A DNA stretch of 64,000 nt from Gammaproteobacteria bacterium. Lineage in GTDB: Bacteria; Pseudomonadota; Gammaproteobacteria; Tethybacterales; Persebacteraceae. Every line of letters begins with the position of its first letter. Position 1 is the stretch's first letter. The notes under the pieces are model-generated. The model was given only the letters and a program-made list of their open reading frames with translations. It was not told where the DNA came from and did not search any database. Position numbers and translations under genes: made by a program. Shown here one piece after another: positions 28,986 to 39,280 of the stretch. The stretch lies in assembly GCA_965243565.1 (NCBI GenBank), contig OZ251571.1:256691-320690 (forward strand). The letters are read 5' to 3'.

Positions 28986-29031
28986 TATTATAGTTCTTCT
29001 ATAATATCACCTCTTTTTTTTGATATTTTGT
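28986..29031 (+). terminator. strong hairpin followed by a T-run between the binding-protein and permease genes (intra-operon attenuator or terminator)
   Basis: AAGAGGTGATATTATAG-TTCTTC-TATAATATCACCTCTT forms a perfect 16-bp stem. TTTTTTTT follows. Confidence 0.65.
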
Positions 29032-29047
29032 GTTAAATGAGGAGTAG

Positions 29048-30241
29048 ATGCAAAGTAAAAGTAACATAAAGAAAATACCATTTCATCGAAATCCTAAATA
29101 TAGGGCGATAATCTTTCAGCTTATCACGGTGCTGGTGGTGTTTTGGTTTATTTCGTATTTATACAATAACACCATTACCAACATGGCACAACGTGGTATT
29201 GTTGTTGGTGTTGATTGGATTGATAAACTAGCGCCGTTTCAGGTTGGGTTTTCTCCATTTATGGATACAGAACTAGGGAAAATATCATATTTTGATGTTT
29301 TTCTGATTGCTATTCAAAATACAGTTTTTGTTAGTTTTTTTGGTATTATAGGTGCCACGATTTTAGGTTTTTTTATTGGGATATTGCGTTTGTCCCCCAA
29401 CTGGTTGGTGGCAAAGTTAGCAACGGTGTACATCGAATTTTTTCGTAATGTGCCATTGTTGTTGTGGTTTTTCTTTTGGTATATTGCTGTTTTTTTGCCA
29501 TTTTTCCCAGCCATCAAAGAGAGTATCAATTTTTTTGATGCCATTTTTATAAACAAAGAAGGTTTTTACTTTCCTCGTCCTTTTGTTGTTAATCAAACTG
29601 GTTTTATTGCTTATTTGCTACTTATTATTGGTGGTGTGGTCGGTGTCAAACTATTGGCTAAAAAAGTCAAATTAAAGCAAGAACTTACTGGCGCACAATT
29701 TCCATTGGCACGGTGGGTAATCGGTATTTTATTAACGATTACTATCGTTGGATTTTTTGTTACAGGCTCTCCTATTAACTGGGAGTTATCAGAACCCGGG
29801 CGTTTTCAGATGTCGGGTGGTATTAACATCAATACATCGTTTTTTGTATGCTGGTTTGCTTTAACCACTTATACAGCTGCTTTTATTGCCGAAAATGTTC
29901 GAGGTGGTATATTGGCAGTATCACATGGACAAACCGAAGCCTCGGAAGCGTTGGGCTTGCCTCACGGTAGAATTTTACGTTTTGTGGTTATTCCACAAGC
30001 CATGCGGGTAATTATCCCACCAACAATTAGTCAGTTTTTAAATCTAACTAAAAACTCAACACTGGCGGTTGCGGTTGCCTATGAAGAAATTGCATCGTTG
30101 TGGATGGGTATCGCACTAAATACCACTGGACAATCATTAATTATTATTGCTTTGTCTGTAGGTGTTTTTTGGATTCTTTCTTTATTAACTTCAGCCTTGT
30201 TAAACTGGTATAACAACCGAGTACAGATAGAGGAGCGATAA
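29048..30241 (+). CDS. amino-acid ABC transporter permease (AapQ-like)
   Basis: 397-aa polytopic protein with an EAA-type permease motif region (…SEALGLPHGRILRFVVIPQA…). Confidence 0.8.
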   Translation: MQSKSNIKKIPFHRNPKYRAIIFQLITVLVVFWFISYLYNNTITNMAQRGIVVGVDWIDKLAPFQVGFSPFMDTELGKISYFDVFLIAIQNTVFVSFFGIIGATILGFFIGILRLSPNWLVAKLATVYIEFFRNVPLLLWFFFWYIAVFLPFFPAIKESINFFDAIFINKEGFYFPRPFVVNQTGFIAYLLLIIGGVVGVKLLAKKVKLKQELTGAQFPLARWVIGILLTITIVGFFVTGSPINWELSEPGRFQMSGGININTSFFVCWFALTTYTAAFIAENVRGGILAVSHGQTEASEALGLPHGRILRFVVIPQAMRVIIPPTISQFLNLTKNSTLAVAVAYEEIASLWMGIALNTTGQSLIIIALSVGVFWILSLLTSALLNWYNNRVQIEER

Positions 30242-30243
30242 CT

Positions 30244-31404
30244 ATGGCTGATAATCATCAATTTGTATTTATTGAACAGCGTCCCGCCCCAATACAGACA
30301 AGAGGGCTTATTGGTTGGATGCGCTATCGCTTGTTTTCAAGCTGGAAGAACACTATTTTAACATTGGTGATGGTGCTATTGCTGTTTAATATTGTAGCGC
30401 CTACTTTTCAGTGGATGGTGTGGGATGCCACTATTAGTGGTGAGACATCAGATGTATGTAAAACCGACTTTACGGGTGAGGATGGCGAGACCTATCGTGT
30501 GGATGGACCGGGTGCTTGTTGGACATTTATAAAAGTTCGTTTTGTCCAAATTATGTTTGGACTGAGTTATGGACAACACCCTGATCAAATTTGGCGCCCA
30601 CTGCTTATGTTTGTTTTGCTTATTATGCTGATAACGCCGTTATTTTTTAAGACGTTTCGCTATAAAGCGCAACTGGCGACCTTTACGCTTTTGTGCTTTC
30701 CTTTTATTGCCATTGGTTTGGTTCATGGTGAGTGGTTTGGATTACAGGTGATGAAAACCAGCGAGTGGGGAGGTTTTTTACTAACGTTTATTTTGGCTTC
30801 GGTGGGTATTGTGGTGGCACTGCCGATTGGTATTGTCATGGCACTGGGGCGGCGATCAAATATGCCTATTGTGCGTTCAATGAGTGTGTTTTATATCGAA
30901 ATGTGGCGGGCAGCTCCGCTGATTACCATATTGTTTATGGCGTCTAACCTGATACCTCTGTTTGCACCGGAGGGGGTCGATTTTGACAAAGTAGTGCGGG
31001 CACTTGTCGCCATTACGTTGTTTCAGTCTGCTTATACTGCCGAGGCGATTCGAGGTGGATTCCAAGCTATTCCCAAAGGGCAGTTTGAAGCGGCAGATGG
31101 ACTGGGTATGGGGTATTGGAAAAAAACCTATTTTATTGTTTTGCCGCAAGCACTAAAAATTTCGATTCCAGGTATTGTTAATACCTTTATTTCTTTGTTT
31201 AAAGATACCACATTGGTGGTAATTATTGGTTTGCATGATTTTTTAGGAATGGGGCAAATCGCAGCACGGTCATCAGAGTGGAAAGGCTATGATTTTGAAT
31301 CATACGTTTATGTTGCCATCGTTTTCTTTATTTGCTGTTTTTCAATGTCACGTTACAGCCAGCACCTAGAAAGAAAACTACATACTGGTCATAAGAGAAA
31401 TTAA
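30244..31404 (+). CDS. amino-acid ABC transporter permease (AapM-like)
   Basis: 386 aa. Permease signature …AADGLGMGYWKKTYFIVLPQALK…. Starts 3 bp after the preceding permease gene. Confidence 0.8.
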   Translation: MADNHQFVFIEQRPAPIQTRGLIGWMRYRLFSSWKNTILTLVMVLLLFNIVAPTFQWMVWDATISGETSDVCKTDFTGEDGETYRVDGPGACWTFIKVRFVQIMFGLSYGQHPDQIWRPLLMFVLLIMLITPLFFKTFRYKAQLATFTLLCFPFIAIGLVHGEWFGLQVMKTSEWGGFLLTFILASVGIVVALPIGIVMALGRRSNMPIVRSMSVFYIEMWRAAPLITILFMASNLIPLFAPEGVDFDKVVRALVAITLFQSAYTAEAIRGGFQAIPKGQFEAADGLGMGYWKKTYFIVLPQALKISIPGIVNTFISLFKDTTLVVIIGLHDFLGMGQIAARSSEWKGYDFESYVYVAIVFFICCFSMSRYSQHLERKLHTGHKRN

Positions 31405-31422
31405 AAGTTGGAGGTTGATTGA

Positions 31423-32181
31423 ATGAATAACACTACACAGACTAAAGATGTTTGTATTGCACTAAAAAATATGAATAAATGGTATGGTGATTTTCACGTA
31501 CTACGAGATATAAATTTAGAAGTATGCGAGGGGGAACGAGTGGTCGTTTGTGGTCCGTCAGGCAGTGGTAAATCGACGATGATTCGTTGTATTAATCGCT
31601 TGGAAGAACATCAAGAAGGCGATATTATTGTCAATGGTATAGAACTAACCGATGACTTAAAGCACATCGACGAAGTACGGCGTGAAGTGGGTATGGTTTT
31701 TCAACATTTTAATTTATTTCCTCATTTAACGGTATTACAAAATCTAACGCTCGCGCCTATTTGGGTACGTAAAACCCCTAAAAAAGAGGCAGAAGAGTTG
31801 GCTATGCATTATCTTGAGCGCGTTAAAATTCCCGATCAGGCTCTTAAATATCCCGGACAGCTGTCAGGTGGGCAACAACAACGCGTTGCCATTGCTCGTT
31901 CTTTGTGTATGAAACCTAAAATCATGTTGTTTGATGAACCAACTTCGGCACTGGATCCTGAAATGATTAAAGAAGTATTGGATGTAATGGTTGGGCTGGC
32001 AGAAACAGGGATGACGATGATATGTGTGACTCATGAAATGGGGTTTGCACGGACGGTAGCGAATCGCGTTATCTTTATGGATGTAGGGCAAATTGTTGAA
32101 CAAAACGAACCCGAAGAATTTTTTAATAATCCACAAAACGAGCGCACTCAACTCTTCTTAAGTCAAATACTTAAGCATTAA
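31423..32181 (+). CDS. amino-acid ABC transporter ATP-binding protein (AapP/GlnQ-like)
   Basis: Walker [13 protein letters not shown] signature [13 protein letters not shown], and Walker [13 protein letters not shown]. Confidence 0.88.
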   Translation: MNNTTQTKDVCIALKNMNKWYGDFHVLRDINLEVCEGERVVVCGPSGSGKSTMIRCINRLEEHQEGDIIVNGIELTDDLKHIDEVRREVGMVFQHFNLFPHLTVLQNLTLAPIWVRKTPKKEAEELAMHYLERVKIPDQALKYPGQLSGGQQQRVAIARSLCMKPKIMLFDEPTSALDPEMIKEVLDVMVGLAETGMTMICVTHEMGFARTVANRVIFMDVGQIVEQNEPEEFFNNPQNERTQLFLSQILKH

Positions 32182-32217
32182 TGTTTTTTTTTCGTGTTCG
32201 CATACGAGATTTAACGG

Positions 32218-33294
32218 ATGTTACAAACAGAAATCATCGAAAAGGTATTGGCTACAGTTAATGTGGTAACGCTGGGAGTAACCTTAGCCGAGTCGGGCAT
32301 TGCGAAAAAAATAAGCAGCATCGATGATGCTATAGTGGTCGAATTTATTTTTTCTTTTCCAGCCAAATCAACCTTTGAATCATTGAGCCATACCGCTCGC
32401 TCTGCACTAACGGTAGCGGGTGTTGATGTGAGTAAACTAACGTTTACTTATAAACAAAATATTTTTCCGAGAATTGTGCAAGGTGGGGTTAAACGCATTG
32501 ATGACATTAAAAATGTGATCGCGGTAGCATCGGCAAAAGGTGGCGTCGGCAAATCAACTGTGGCAATTAATTTAGCAGCAGCGTTGGAGCAAGAGGGTGC
32601 GTCAGTGGCAGTGTTGGATGCCGATATTTACGGACCATCTTTGCCAGAGATGGTTGGGGTAAAAAAGAATCCAGACGCGGTGAACGAAAAAATAAAACCA
32701 ATTATTGCTTATGGTTTGCAACTGATGTCAATAGGTTTTTTGGTGGGAGATTCCCAACCTATGGTGTGGCGTGGTCCTATGGTAACCCGTGCATTGGGGC
32801 AGTTGTTACGCGATACCGAATGGAAAGACGTGGATTACCTAATATTGGATATGCCTCCAGGGACAGGTGATATTCAGCTGACCATTGCCCAACAAGTGCC
32901 CGTAACGGGTGCAGTCGTGGTTACCACCCCTCAAAAATTGGCAGTGGCAGATGCCGAGCGTGGACTAACGATGTTTGAGAAGGTCAGTATTGCCGTATTG
33001 GGCGTGGTCGAAAATATGAGTACCTTTGTATGCCCGCATTGCAAAAAAGAAAGCCACATTTTTGGTCAAGAAGGTGGATCTACCATGAGCAATAATCACA
33101 ATGTGGATTTATTAGCACAGTTGCCATTGATCGAAGAGGTTAATCAATCTGTAGAACAAGGCATTCCTTTTTGTCATTACCAACCGACTGGCTATATGAG
33201 CGGGCTTTTTAAAAAATTGGCGATTGATGTGGCTTATAAAATTTCAAAAAAACCTCGAGATCGTTCAGATACGTTTAATGTCGTGCAAGAGTAA
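32218..33294 (+). CDS. apbC: Fe-S cluster carrier ATPase ApbC/Mrp
   Basis: Deviant Walker A SAKGGVGKST of the Mrp/NBP35 family. CPHC cysteine pair. N-terminal DUF59-like domain. 358 aa. Confidence 0.85.
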   Translation: MLQTEIIEKVLATVNVVTLGVTLAESGIAKKISSIDDAIVVEFIFSFPAKSTFESLSHTARSALTVAGVDVSKLTFTYKQNIFPRIVQGGVKRIDDIKNVIAVASAKGGVGKSTVAINLAAALEQEGASVAVLDADIYGPSLPEMVGVKKNPDAVNEKIKPIIAYGLQLMSIGFLVGDSQPMVWRGPMVTRALGQLLRDTEWKDVDYLILDMPPGTGDIQLTIAQQVPVTGAVVVTTPQKLAVADAERGLTMFEKVSIAVLGVVENMSTFVCPHCKKESHIFGQEGGSTMSNNHNVDLLAQLPLIEEVNQSVEQGIPFCHYQPTGYMSGLFKKLAIDVAYKISKKPRDRSDTFNVVQE

Positions 33295-33303
33295 TAGACA
33301 GTT

Positions 33304-34134
33304 ATGCGATTATTGTGTTTGGTGGTTCTTTTTGTAAGCGGCTTTTTTTCTGCGAGTGCTGATAGTGCTATTTTACGCTTGGCTACCACTACCAGCGTTG
33401 AAAATTCAGGTTTACTCGACTATCTCTTACCGAGTTTTCATCAACGTTGTCAATGCCAAGTATATGTTATGTCGGTCGGGTCGGGCAAGGCAATGGTACT
33501 CGGACGACGTGGTGATGCTGATTTGCTCATTACACACTCTCCTGTTGATGAAATACAATTTATAAAAGAAGGCAATGGGGTAAACCGCCACTCTTTTATG
33601 TACAATAGTTTTGTGTTGTTGGGTCCTGATACGTCTGTTACTAATTCAATGGAGACGGTAGGGGTAGAAAAAGTGATGGCAATCATTGCCGATAAAAATT
33701 TAACTTTTTTATCACGTGGAGATGATTCTGGTACACATAAAAAAGAAGTACAGTTGTGGGGGGTAATACAAGATAAACGGCAGCGTTCGATTGATTTTTC
33801 GCCAAAATGGTATATTTCTGCTGGTATTGGTATGGGGCAAGCAATTCTAATGGCAAATGAAATGCGTGCTTTTGTTTTATCTGATATAGGGACTTACCGT
33901 TATTTTCGTCAGAAAGTTGATATGCAAGTGGTGGTGCAAGATACACCACCACTGATTAACCCGTATAGTGTGATGATGGTTAACCCTAAAAAACATCCAC
34001 ATGTGAATAAAGCATTGGCGGAGCTCTTTGTTGATTGGATTATCAGTGATACAACACAGCAAAAAATTGCTGATTATCAATTTTTGGGAGAACCACTTTT
34101 CAAGGTGGATTCTTTTTCAACCAGCCACTTTTAA
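33304..34134 (+). CDS. tungstate/molybdate-type oxoanion ABC transporter substrate-binding protein (TupA-like)
   Basis: Signal peptide. LATTTSVENSGL and SRGDDSGTHKKE motifs resemble the TupA family. Confidence 0.6.
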   Translation: MRLLCLVVLFVSGFFSASADSAILRLATTTSVENSGLLDYLLPSFHQRCQCQVYVMSVGSGKAMVLGRRGDADLLITHSPVDEIQFIKEGNGVNRHSFMYNSFVLLGPDTSVTNSMETVGVEKVMAIIADKNLTFLSRGDDSGTHKKEVQLWGVIQDKRQRSIDFSPKWYISAGIGMGQAILMANEMRAFVLSDIGTYRYFRQKVDMQVVVQDTPPLINPYSVMMVNPKKHPHVNKALAELFVDWIISDTTQQKIADYQFLGEPLFKVDSFSTSHF

Positions 34135-34135
34135 A

Positions 34136-34831
34136 TTGTCTATTTTAAACGCTTTTGGCGAAGCCATTGCATTAATTTTTTCGGGTGATACTCAATTATG
34201 GGGGATTATTGGCTTATCGCTGACGTGTTCGTTGATTGCTTTATTATTTATTGCACCGCTGGCTTTATTGGTGGCGTATGGCTTGGCTACATTACGCTTT
34301 TGGGGACGTCGCTGGATTATTGTTACTTTACAAGGTTTATTGTCTATTCCTACCGTCGTGATTGGGTTGTTACTTTATATCGTATTGTCACGGAGCGGGC
34401 CATTGGGCTTTTGGGGTATTCTTTATACGCCAAAAGCAATTATCATCGGGCAAATGATTCTTGCTTTTCCGATACTCGTTATTTTTGCTTTATCGGCTAT
34501 TCAAAAAAGTGATAATACGCTTCGCGATGTATTGCGTAGTGTGGGGGCAAGCCGCCTAAGGGTCTTTATTACAGAGTGCTATGAGGTACGTTTTGCTTTA
34601 TTGTCGGCTTGGATTACAGGATTTGGTCGGGTTATTTCAGAAATTGGTTGTGCGCTTATGGTGGGTGGTAATATTGCCAGTTACACCAGAACTATTCCTA
34701 CTGCTATTGCTTTGGACACGGGAAAAGGTGAGTTTTCGCAAGGGATTGCTTTGGGAATGGTCTTGATTTTAATAACTATTTTAATGAGTATTTTGCTTTC
34801 ATATTTTCAGGGCGATGGACAAAATTCTTAA
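34136..34831 (+). CDS. ABC transporter permease (TupB-like)
   Basis: Six-helix permease overlapping the tupA end. No in-frame ATG exists before residue ~143, so the start must be TTG/GTG/ATT. The track begins at TTG 34028. I favour TTG 34136 or ATT 34109, just after an AAGGTGG RBS at 34102-34108. Confidence 0.6.
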   Translation: MSILNAFGEAIALIFSGDTQLWGIIGLSLTCSLIALLFIAPLALLVAYGLATLRFWGRRWIIVTLQGLLSIPTVVIGLLLYIVLSRSGPLGFWGILYTPKAIIIGQMILAFPILVIFALSAIQKSDNTLRDVLRSVGASRLRVFITECYEVRFALLSAWITGFGRVISEIGCALMVGGNIASYTRTIPTAIALDTGKGEFSQGIALGMVLILITILMSILLSYFQGDGQNS

Positions 34832-35438
34832 TATTAATGGGCTGAAAAAACAACTGGGCTGTAATTTTGTTTTAACCATTGATTCCTTGTCATTAAATAG
34901 TGGAAAAATTGTTAATTTAAAAGGCAATAATGGCAGTGGTAAAACCACTTTATTGAAAGTCATTGCAGGGTTGATTCACGCCGATGTGTTTGTGAATTTT
35001 TCGGTTTTGGGACAGTCCAGCCCTAAACCACCACAAGTGGTTTATTTGCATCAAACGCCGGTGTTACTGAATCGCACTGTTTATGATAACGTAGCGTATG
35101 GTGTTAAGTGTTGCCGATTAGATATTAATAATGTAAAAGAATCAATGCAATGGGCAGGAATCGATGGTTTGGCTGATCGCTTTCCCTCACACCTATCTGG
35201 AGGAGAAAAACAGCGGGTTTGTTTGGCACGTGTACACGCACTTAAACCAAGCTTATATTTATTGGATGAGCCAATGGCTTATTTGGATGATGAAGGTAAG
35301 CAACAAATTAAAAAGTTGGCAATGACGCTTAGTAATAACAACGCAACCGCCATTATTAGCACACATGAGGATTTAAAGTTTGCCACCACCGAATGGCATT
35401 TGCATGAAGGTGGTTTGACAATAACTGATAAGGGATAA
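34815..35438 (+). CDS. ABC transporter ATP-binding protein (TupC-like)
   Basis: Walker A GNNGSGKTT, signature LSGGEKQRVCLAR, and Walker B LYLLDEPMAYLD. 207 aa. Confidence 0.7.
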   Translation: MDKILNINGLKKQLGCNFVLTIDSLSLNSGKIVNLKGNNGSGKTTLLKVIAGLIHADVFVNFSVLGQSSPKPPQVVYLHQTPVLLNRTVYDNVAYGVKCCRLDINNVKESMQWAGIDGLADRFPSHLSGGEKQRVCLARVHALKPSLYLLDEPMAYLDDEGKQQIKKLAMTLSNNNATAIISTHEDLKFATTEWHLHEGGLTITDKG

Positions 35439-35454
35439 AAAAGAGGGCTAAAAG

Positions 35455-36837
35455 TTATTTGGCAACGATGGCTAGCGCTTTTAGTATAGATAACGCTTGA
35501 TCGTATTGGTTGTCTTTTTTGTTAATGAAAGCAGGACGGTCACTACGAAAGTTTTCGATGGCTTCTTTATCTTCTGCTTTGTCTTGATTCTCGAGGTGAC
35601 CGTCAATATCGCTTTCTCTAATCGAAAACGTGGTTTTTTCGGCGACGTCTGTGTCTTTGGTTGTGTTGAGTTTAACCGGGACATCTGGAACAATACCAGT
35701 GGCTTGAATACTGGCACCTGAAGGTGTGTAATAACGGGCTGTGGTAAGACGCAATGCTGTTTTGCCACCCGACGTACGCAAAGCCGAAACGCTTTGCACC
35801 GATGCTTTGCCATAGGTACGTTCACCGATAATAACACCACGTTTGGTATCTTGTATGGCACCGGCGACGATTTCGGAGGCAGAGGCAGAGCCTTGGTTAA
35901 CCAAAACGACCAAAGGTACTGTTTCGAGTGTATCAATATTTTGTAGTTCGGTGAGAGGCGATGTTTTATTGTGGCTGTAGTCGGTTTTAGAATAAAATAT
36001 TTTTTCTGCTTGGTGATGCCCTTTGTCGCTTACAATGCGTTGTCCAGCAGGTATGAATGTGGCTGCGACATCGATTCCTGCAAACAAAAAACCACCCGGG
36101 TTGTTGCGTAAATCAAGAATAATGCCTTTGAGTGGCTTGTTGTTTTCAGCGTAGAGACTATTTAGATTTTCTACGAGGTTATTGACGGTTTTGTCTTGAA
36201 ATCGACTGATGCGTAAATAGGCGTAGTCGTCTTTTAACAAAGTGGATACCACCGATGGAGAGGTTATTTTTTCGCGTATTAAATCAACTTTTCTGGTTTT
36301 TTTTGTAATACTAGAGAAGACCTCTATGCTTATTAGTGCACCTACTTTGCCACGCATTTTGCTTACTGCTGCGTCAATTTCCATGTTTTGGGTGGAGATA
36401 CCGTCTATTTTTAAAATTAAATCACCGCTTTTTAGGTTGGCACGGTGAGCAGGGGTGTCAAAAATGGGAGATATTACTTCTATCCAACCATCTTTAATGC
36501 CAACATAAATGCCCAAACCACCAAATTTTTCGCCCGTTAATCCTTTTTGAAAAGAGTTTAATTCTTTTTCGGATAGATATCTGGAATGAGGGTCCAAAGA
36601 TGAAACCATGCCAGCAATGGCTTTTTCAATAAGGAGTTCGGCTGAAATGTCTTCAACGTATTGGGTGCGAATCCGAGTAAAGACTTCGGAAAATTCTTGC
36701 ATTTTTTGAATAGGAAGTTTGCCAATGACTTCGTTGGCATGAGCATCAGTGATTTGGCTGGAGCCGAATTGTTGACTTGTAATAGAACCAAAAGCAAAGG
36801 CGGCTACTATAAGTCCTATAAGAACAGGTTTTTTCAT
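35455..36837 (-). CDS. carboxy-terminal processing protease (S41, CtpA/Prc-like)
   Basis: Signal peptide, PDZ domain and S41 catalytic region (…GGGLYVGIKDGWIEV…, ...VLVNQGSASASEIVAGA...). 460 aa. Confidence 0.85.
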   Translation of the reverse strand: MKKPVLIGLIVAAFAFGSITSQQFGSSQITDAHANEVIGKLPIQKMQEFSEVFTRIRTQYVEDISAELLIEKAIAGMVSSLDPHSRYLSEKELNSFQKGLTGEKFGGLGIYVGIKDGWIEVISPIFDTPAHRANLKSGDLILKIDGISTQNMEIDAAVSKMRGKVGALISIEVFSSITKKTRKVDLIREKITSPSVVSTLLKDDYAYLRISRFQDKTVNNLVENLNSLYAENNKPLKGIILDLRNNPGGFLFAGIDVAATFIPAGQRIVSDKGHHQAEKIFYSKTDYSHNKTSPLTELQNIDTLETVPLVVLVNQGSASASEIVAGAIQDTKRGVIIGERTYGKASVQSVSALRTSGGKTALRLTTARYYTPSGASIQATGIVPDVPVKLNTTKDTDVAEKTTFSIRESDIDGHLENQDKAEDKEAIENFRSDRPAFINKKDNQYDQALSILKALAIVAK

Positions 36838-36856
36838 GATTTAAATCTCAATAAAA

Positions 36857-37168
36857 TTATTGTAAGTCCCCTTTTTGTGACGAAAAATAAGCAGCAAGGT
36901 CGGCTAAGTCGTCAATGGTTAAATCTTTTAGCTGGGCGGACATAATGGGATTATTACGCTTGCCATTTTGGTATTCTTTAAGTGTTTTAAAAAGGTATTT
37001 TTCATGTTGCCCCGCTAACTTAGGGTAGTTGGCTATGGGTTTGTTGCCAGCAACACCGTGGCATTGGGTGCATGCTTTGGTGAGGGTTTCGCCCGTACTG
37101 GCGTCTGCCGCCCATGTGCTAATGCTGCCGGTGCTAAGTAAAAGAAATAGTGTGATTAGATGTTTCAT
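36857..37168 (-). CDS. monoheme class I c-type cytochrome
   Basis: Signal peptide plus CTQCHGV heme-binding motif. 103 aa. Confidence 0.7.
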   Translation of the reverse strand: MKHLITLFLLLSTGSISTWAADASTGETLTKACTQCHGVAGNKPIANYPKLAGQHEKYLFKTLKEYQNGKRNNPIMSAQLKDLTIDDLADLAAYFSSQKGDLQ

Positions 37169-37485
37169 TTTTTACTGTTTGCGTAAAATTCAGCGAGTTG
37201 TTTGATTTCGTCATCCGTTAAAGTAGCAGCAATACCGTTCATAGAAGGGTGGTATCTTTCATTCGCACGATAGGCTTTGAGTGCGTACTCAATATAAGAA
37301 GCACTTTGACCAATGATTCTTGGTATGGGAAATACCTCAGGATAGACCGAACGTAAACCATCAATATTGTGGCAACCTATACACTGATTGGATTTGGCTG
37401 CAGCGGACGAACCTGCTTGTTGTGCATAAACTGGCGCAAGCAAAAGAAAGGATAAAATTAAAATGATAAAATGATGTTTATTCAT
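37165..37485 (-). CDS. monoheme class I c-type cytochrome
   Basis: Signal peptide plus CIGCHNIDG heme-binding motif. 106 aa. Its stop overlaps the next start (ATGA), indicating translational coupling. Confidence 0.7.
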   Translation of the reverse strand: MNKHHFIILILSFLLLAPVYAQQAGSSAAAKSNQCIGCHNIDGLRSVYPEVFPIPRIIGQSASYIEYALKAYRANERYHPSMNGIAATLTDDEIKQLAEFYANSKK

Positions 37486-37610
37486 AAAATACGCTCCGAA
37501 TTATAGCACCGTTTAGCGACTGTTTTGCCTTATTTAAACAGTCGTATAATAACGCTTTACGATGAATAGTTGGATTATAAACATAATAGAATAATTACTA
37601 TAATAAAAAA

Positions 37611-38648
37611 ATGAAAAGAATAAAAATTGGCTTGTTTTTACTGATAACCCTAGCCGTATTGGGGGAGGGTGCATGGCTGGTTTATCAACAACGGCTGATT
37701 AACCACGAAAAACATCTGCAACATTTGCTGGTAATGCCATTAACAAAAACCCATACGGTTGAAATTATGCGAGGTGCTTCTGTACAAACGATAGCTCATC
37801 TGGTTACTCAAAAAGATTTTCCCATTGATAGTCGAGATTTTATTCGTTTGGTTAAACGGCAAAAAATTGATACGTCTTTAAAAGCAGGGCATTATCGATT
37901 CGATAAAGGTAAGACGGTATATCAGGTGCTGGATGCAATAGCAAATGGTAAAACAGAAGTTAAAAAAATTACCATTATTGAGGGTATGCGTTTTTCTGAT
38001 ATTCGTCAACAATTAGAGAATGATTCGCGGTTGGTATCGCGATTAAACGAATTTAGCAATGATGCTTTGCGCAAAGAATTGGCAGTGCAATACCCAAGTT
38101 TAGAAGGACTAATACTACCAGAAACCTATTACTTTACGCCGGGTGATACCGACTTGTCGATAATCCGTCGTGCTCATAAGCGTATGCAAACGACAATTAA
38201 TAGACTATGGCAAACACAAGAGTCTCCGGCTGTTATTAATAGCCCGTATGAGGCTATTATTCTTGCATCTATTGTTGAAAAAGAAACAGGAAAGGCAGAA
38301 GAAAGACCACTAATAGCCCGTGTTTTTATTAATCGATTGCAAAAAGGAATGCGCTTACAGGCCGACCCTACCGTTATTTATGGTTTGCAAGAGCGTTTTC
38401 AGGGTAACCTCACAAAAAAGCATTTACGAGAAGATACCACGTACAATACCTATGTGCATAAAGGTCTAACGCCAACGCCCATTGCTTTGCCTAGCAAAGA
38501 AGCCCTTGAAGCGGTGTTTTCCCCTGCCGATAATAATAAGTATATCTACTTTGTTGCAACGGGCGATGGTGGGCACTATTTTTCTAAAACACTAAGAGAG
38601 CATAATAACGCGGTTAATCGTTATCAACGCCGAAGAAAAAGCCAATGA
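37611..38648 (+). CDS. mltG: endolytic murein transglycosylase MltG (YceG family)
   Basis: N-terminal TM helix and YceG domain. Conserved position upstream of tmk-holB. Confidence 0.85.
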   Translation: MKRIKIGLFLLITLAVLGEGAWLVYQQRLINHEKHLQHLLVMPLTKTHTVEIMRGASVQTIAHLVTQKDFPIDSRDFIRLVKRQKIDTSLKAGHYRFDKGKTVYQVLDAIANGKTEVKKITIIEGMRFSDIRQQLENDSRLVSRLNEFSNDALRKELAVQYPSLEGLILPETYYFTPGDTDLSIIRRAHKRMQTTINRLWQTQESPAVINSPYEAIILASIVEKETGKAEERPLIARVFINRLQKGMRLQADPTVIYGLQERFQGNLTKKHLREDTTYNTYVHKGLTPTPIALPSKEALEAVFSPADNNKYIYFVATGDGGHYFSKTLREHNNAVNRYQRRRKSQ

Positions 38649-39280
38649 AAAAAGGCCGATTCATTACTTTTGAAGGAATGGATGGTGCGGGCAAAAGCAC
38701 GCAAGTTAGCCATTTTAATAAGTGGCTTCAAGAAAAAAATATTAATACCCATGTGGTGCGTGAGCCGGGTGGCACACCATTTGGTGAGGAGGTTCGGCAG
38801 TTGCTGTTATCATCATCAGGGTTGGATGCCAAAACAGAAACGCTATTGTTGTTTGCATCACGATGTGAATTACTAAAACAACAGATTCTCCCATTGATTA
38901 ATCAAGGAATATGGGTTATATCAGACAGATTTACCGATTCAACTTTTGCTTATCAGGGAGGGGGCAGACAACTGTCGGATGATTTTATTCAAGCACTTGC
39001 CAATATCATCCATGCGGATTTAAACCCAGATTTAACTTTTTATATTGATTCTTTACCAGCGTTATCAGCAGGGCGTTCTAATGAAACGTTTGAATCTGAG
39101 AGCAGTGTTTTTTTTGAACGCGTACAACAACGGTATTATGGCTTGTGTGACCAATACCCCAATCGCATTCAAAAAATTAATGGCTTTGATGGACAAGTGC
39201 AATATTCGGTTAATTTTATTCAAACAAAAATACAAGCAATTACCACTGCAAAATTTGGTACGGATTTAATGGATGAGTAA
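38645..39280 (+). CDS. tmk: thymidylate kinase
   Basis: P-loop FITFEGMDGAGKST and the DRF motif (…SDRFTDST…). 211 aa. Confidence 0.88.
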   Translation: MKKGRFITFEGMDGAGKSTQVSHFNKWLQEKNINTHVVREPGGTPFGEEVRQLLLSSSGLDAKTETLLLFASRCELLKQQILPLINQGIWVISDRFTDSTFAYQGGGRQLSDDFIQALANIIHADLNPDLTFYIDSLPALSAGRSNETFESESSVFFERVQQRYYGLCDQYPNRIQKINGFDGQVQYSVNFIQTKIQAITTAKFGTDLMDE

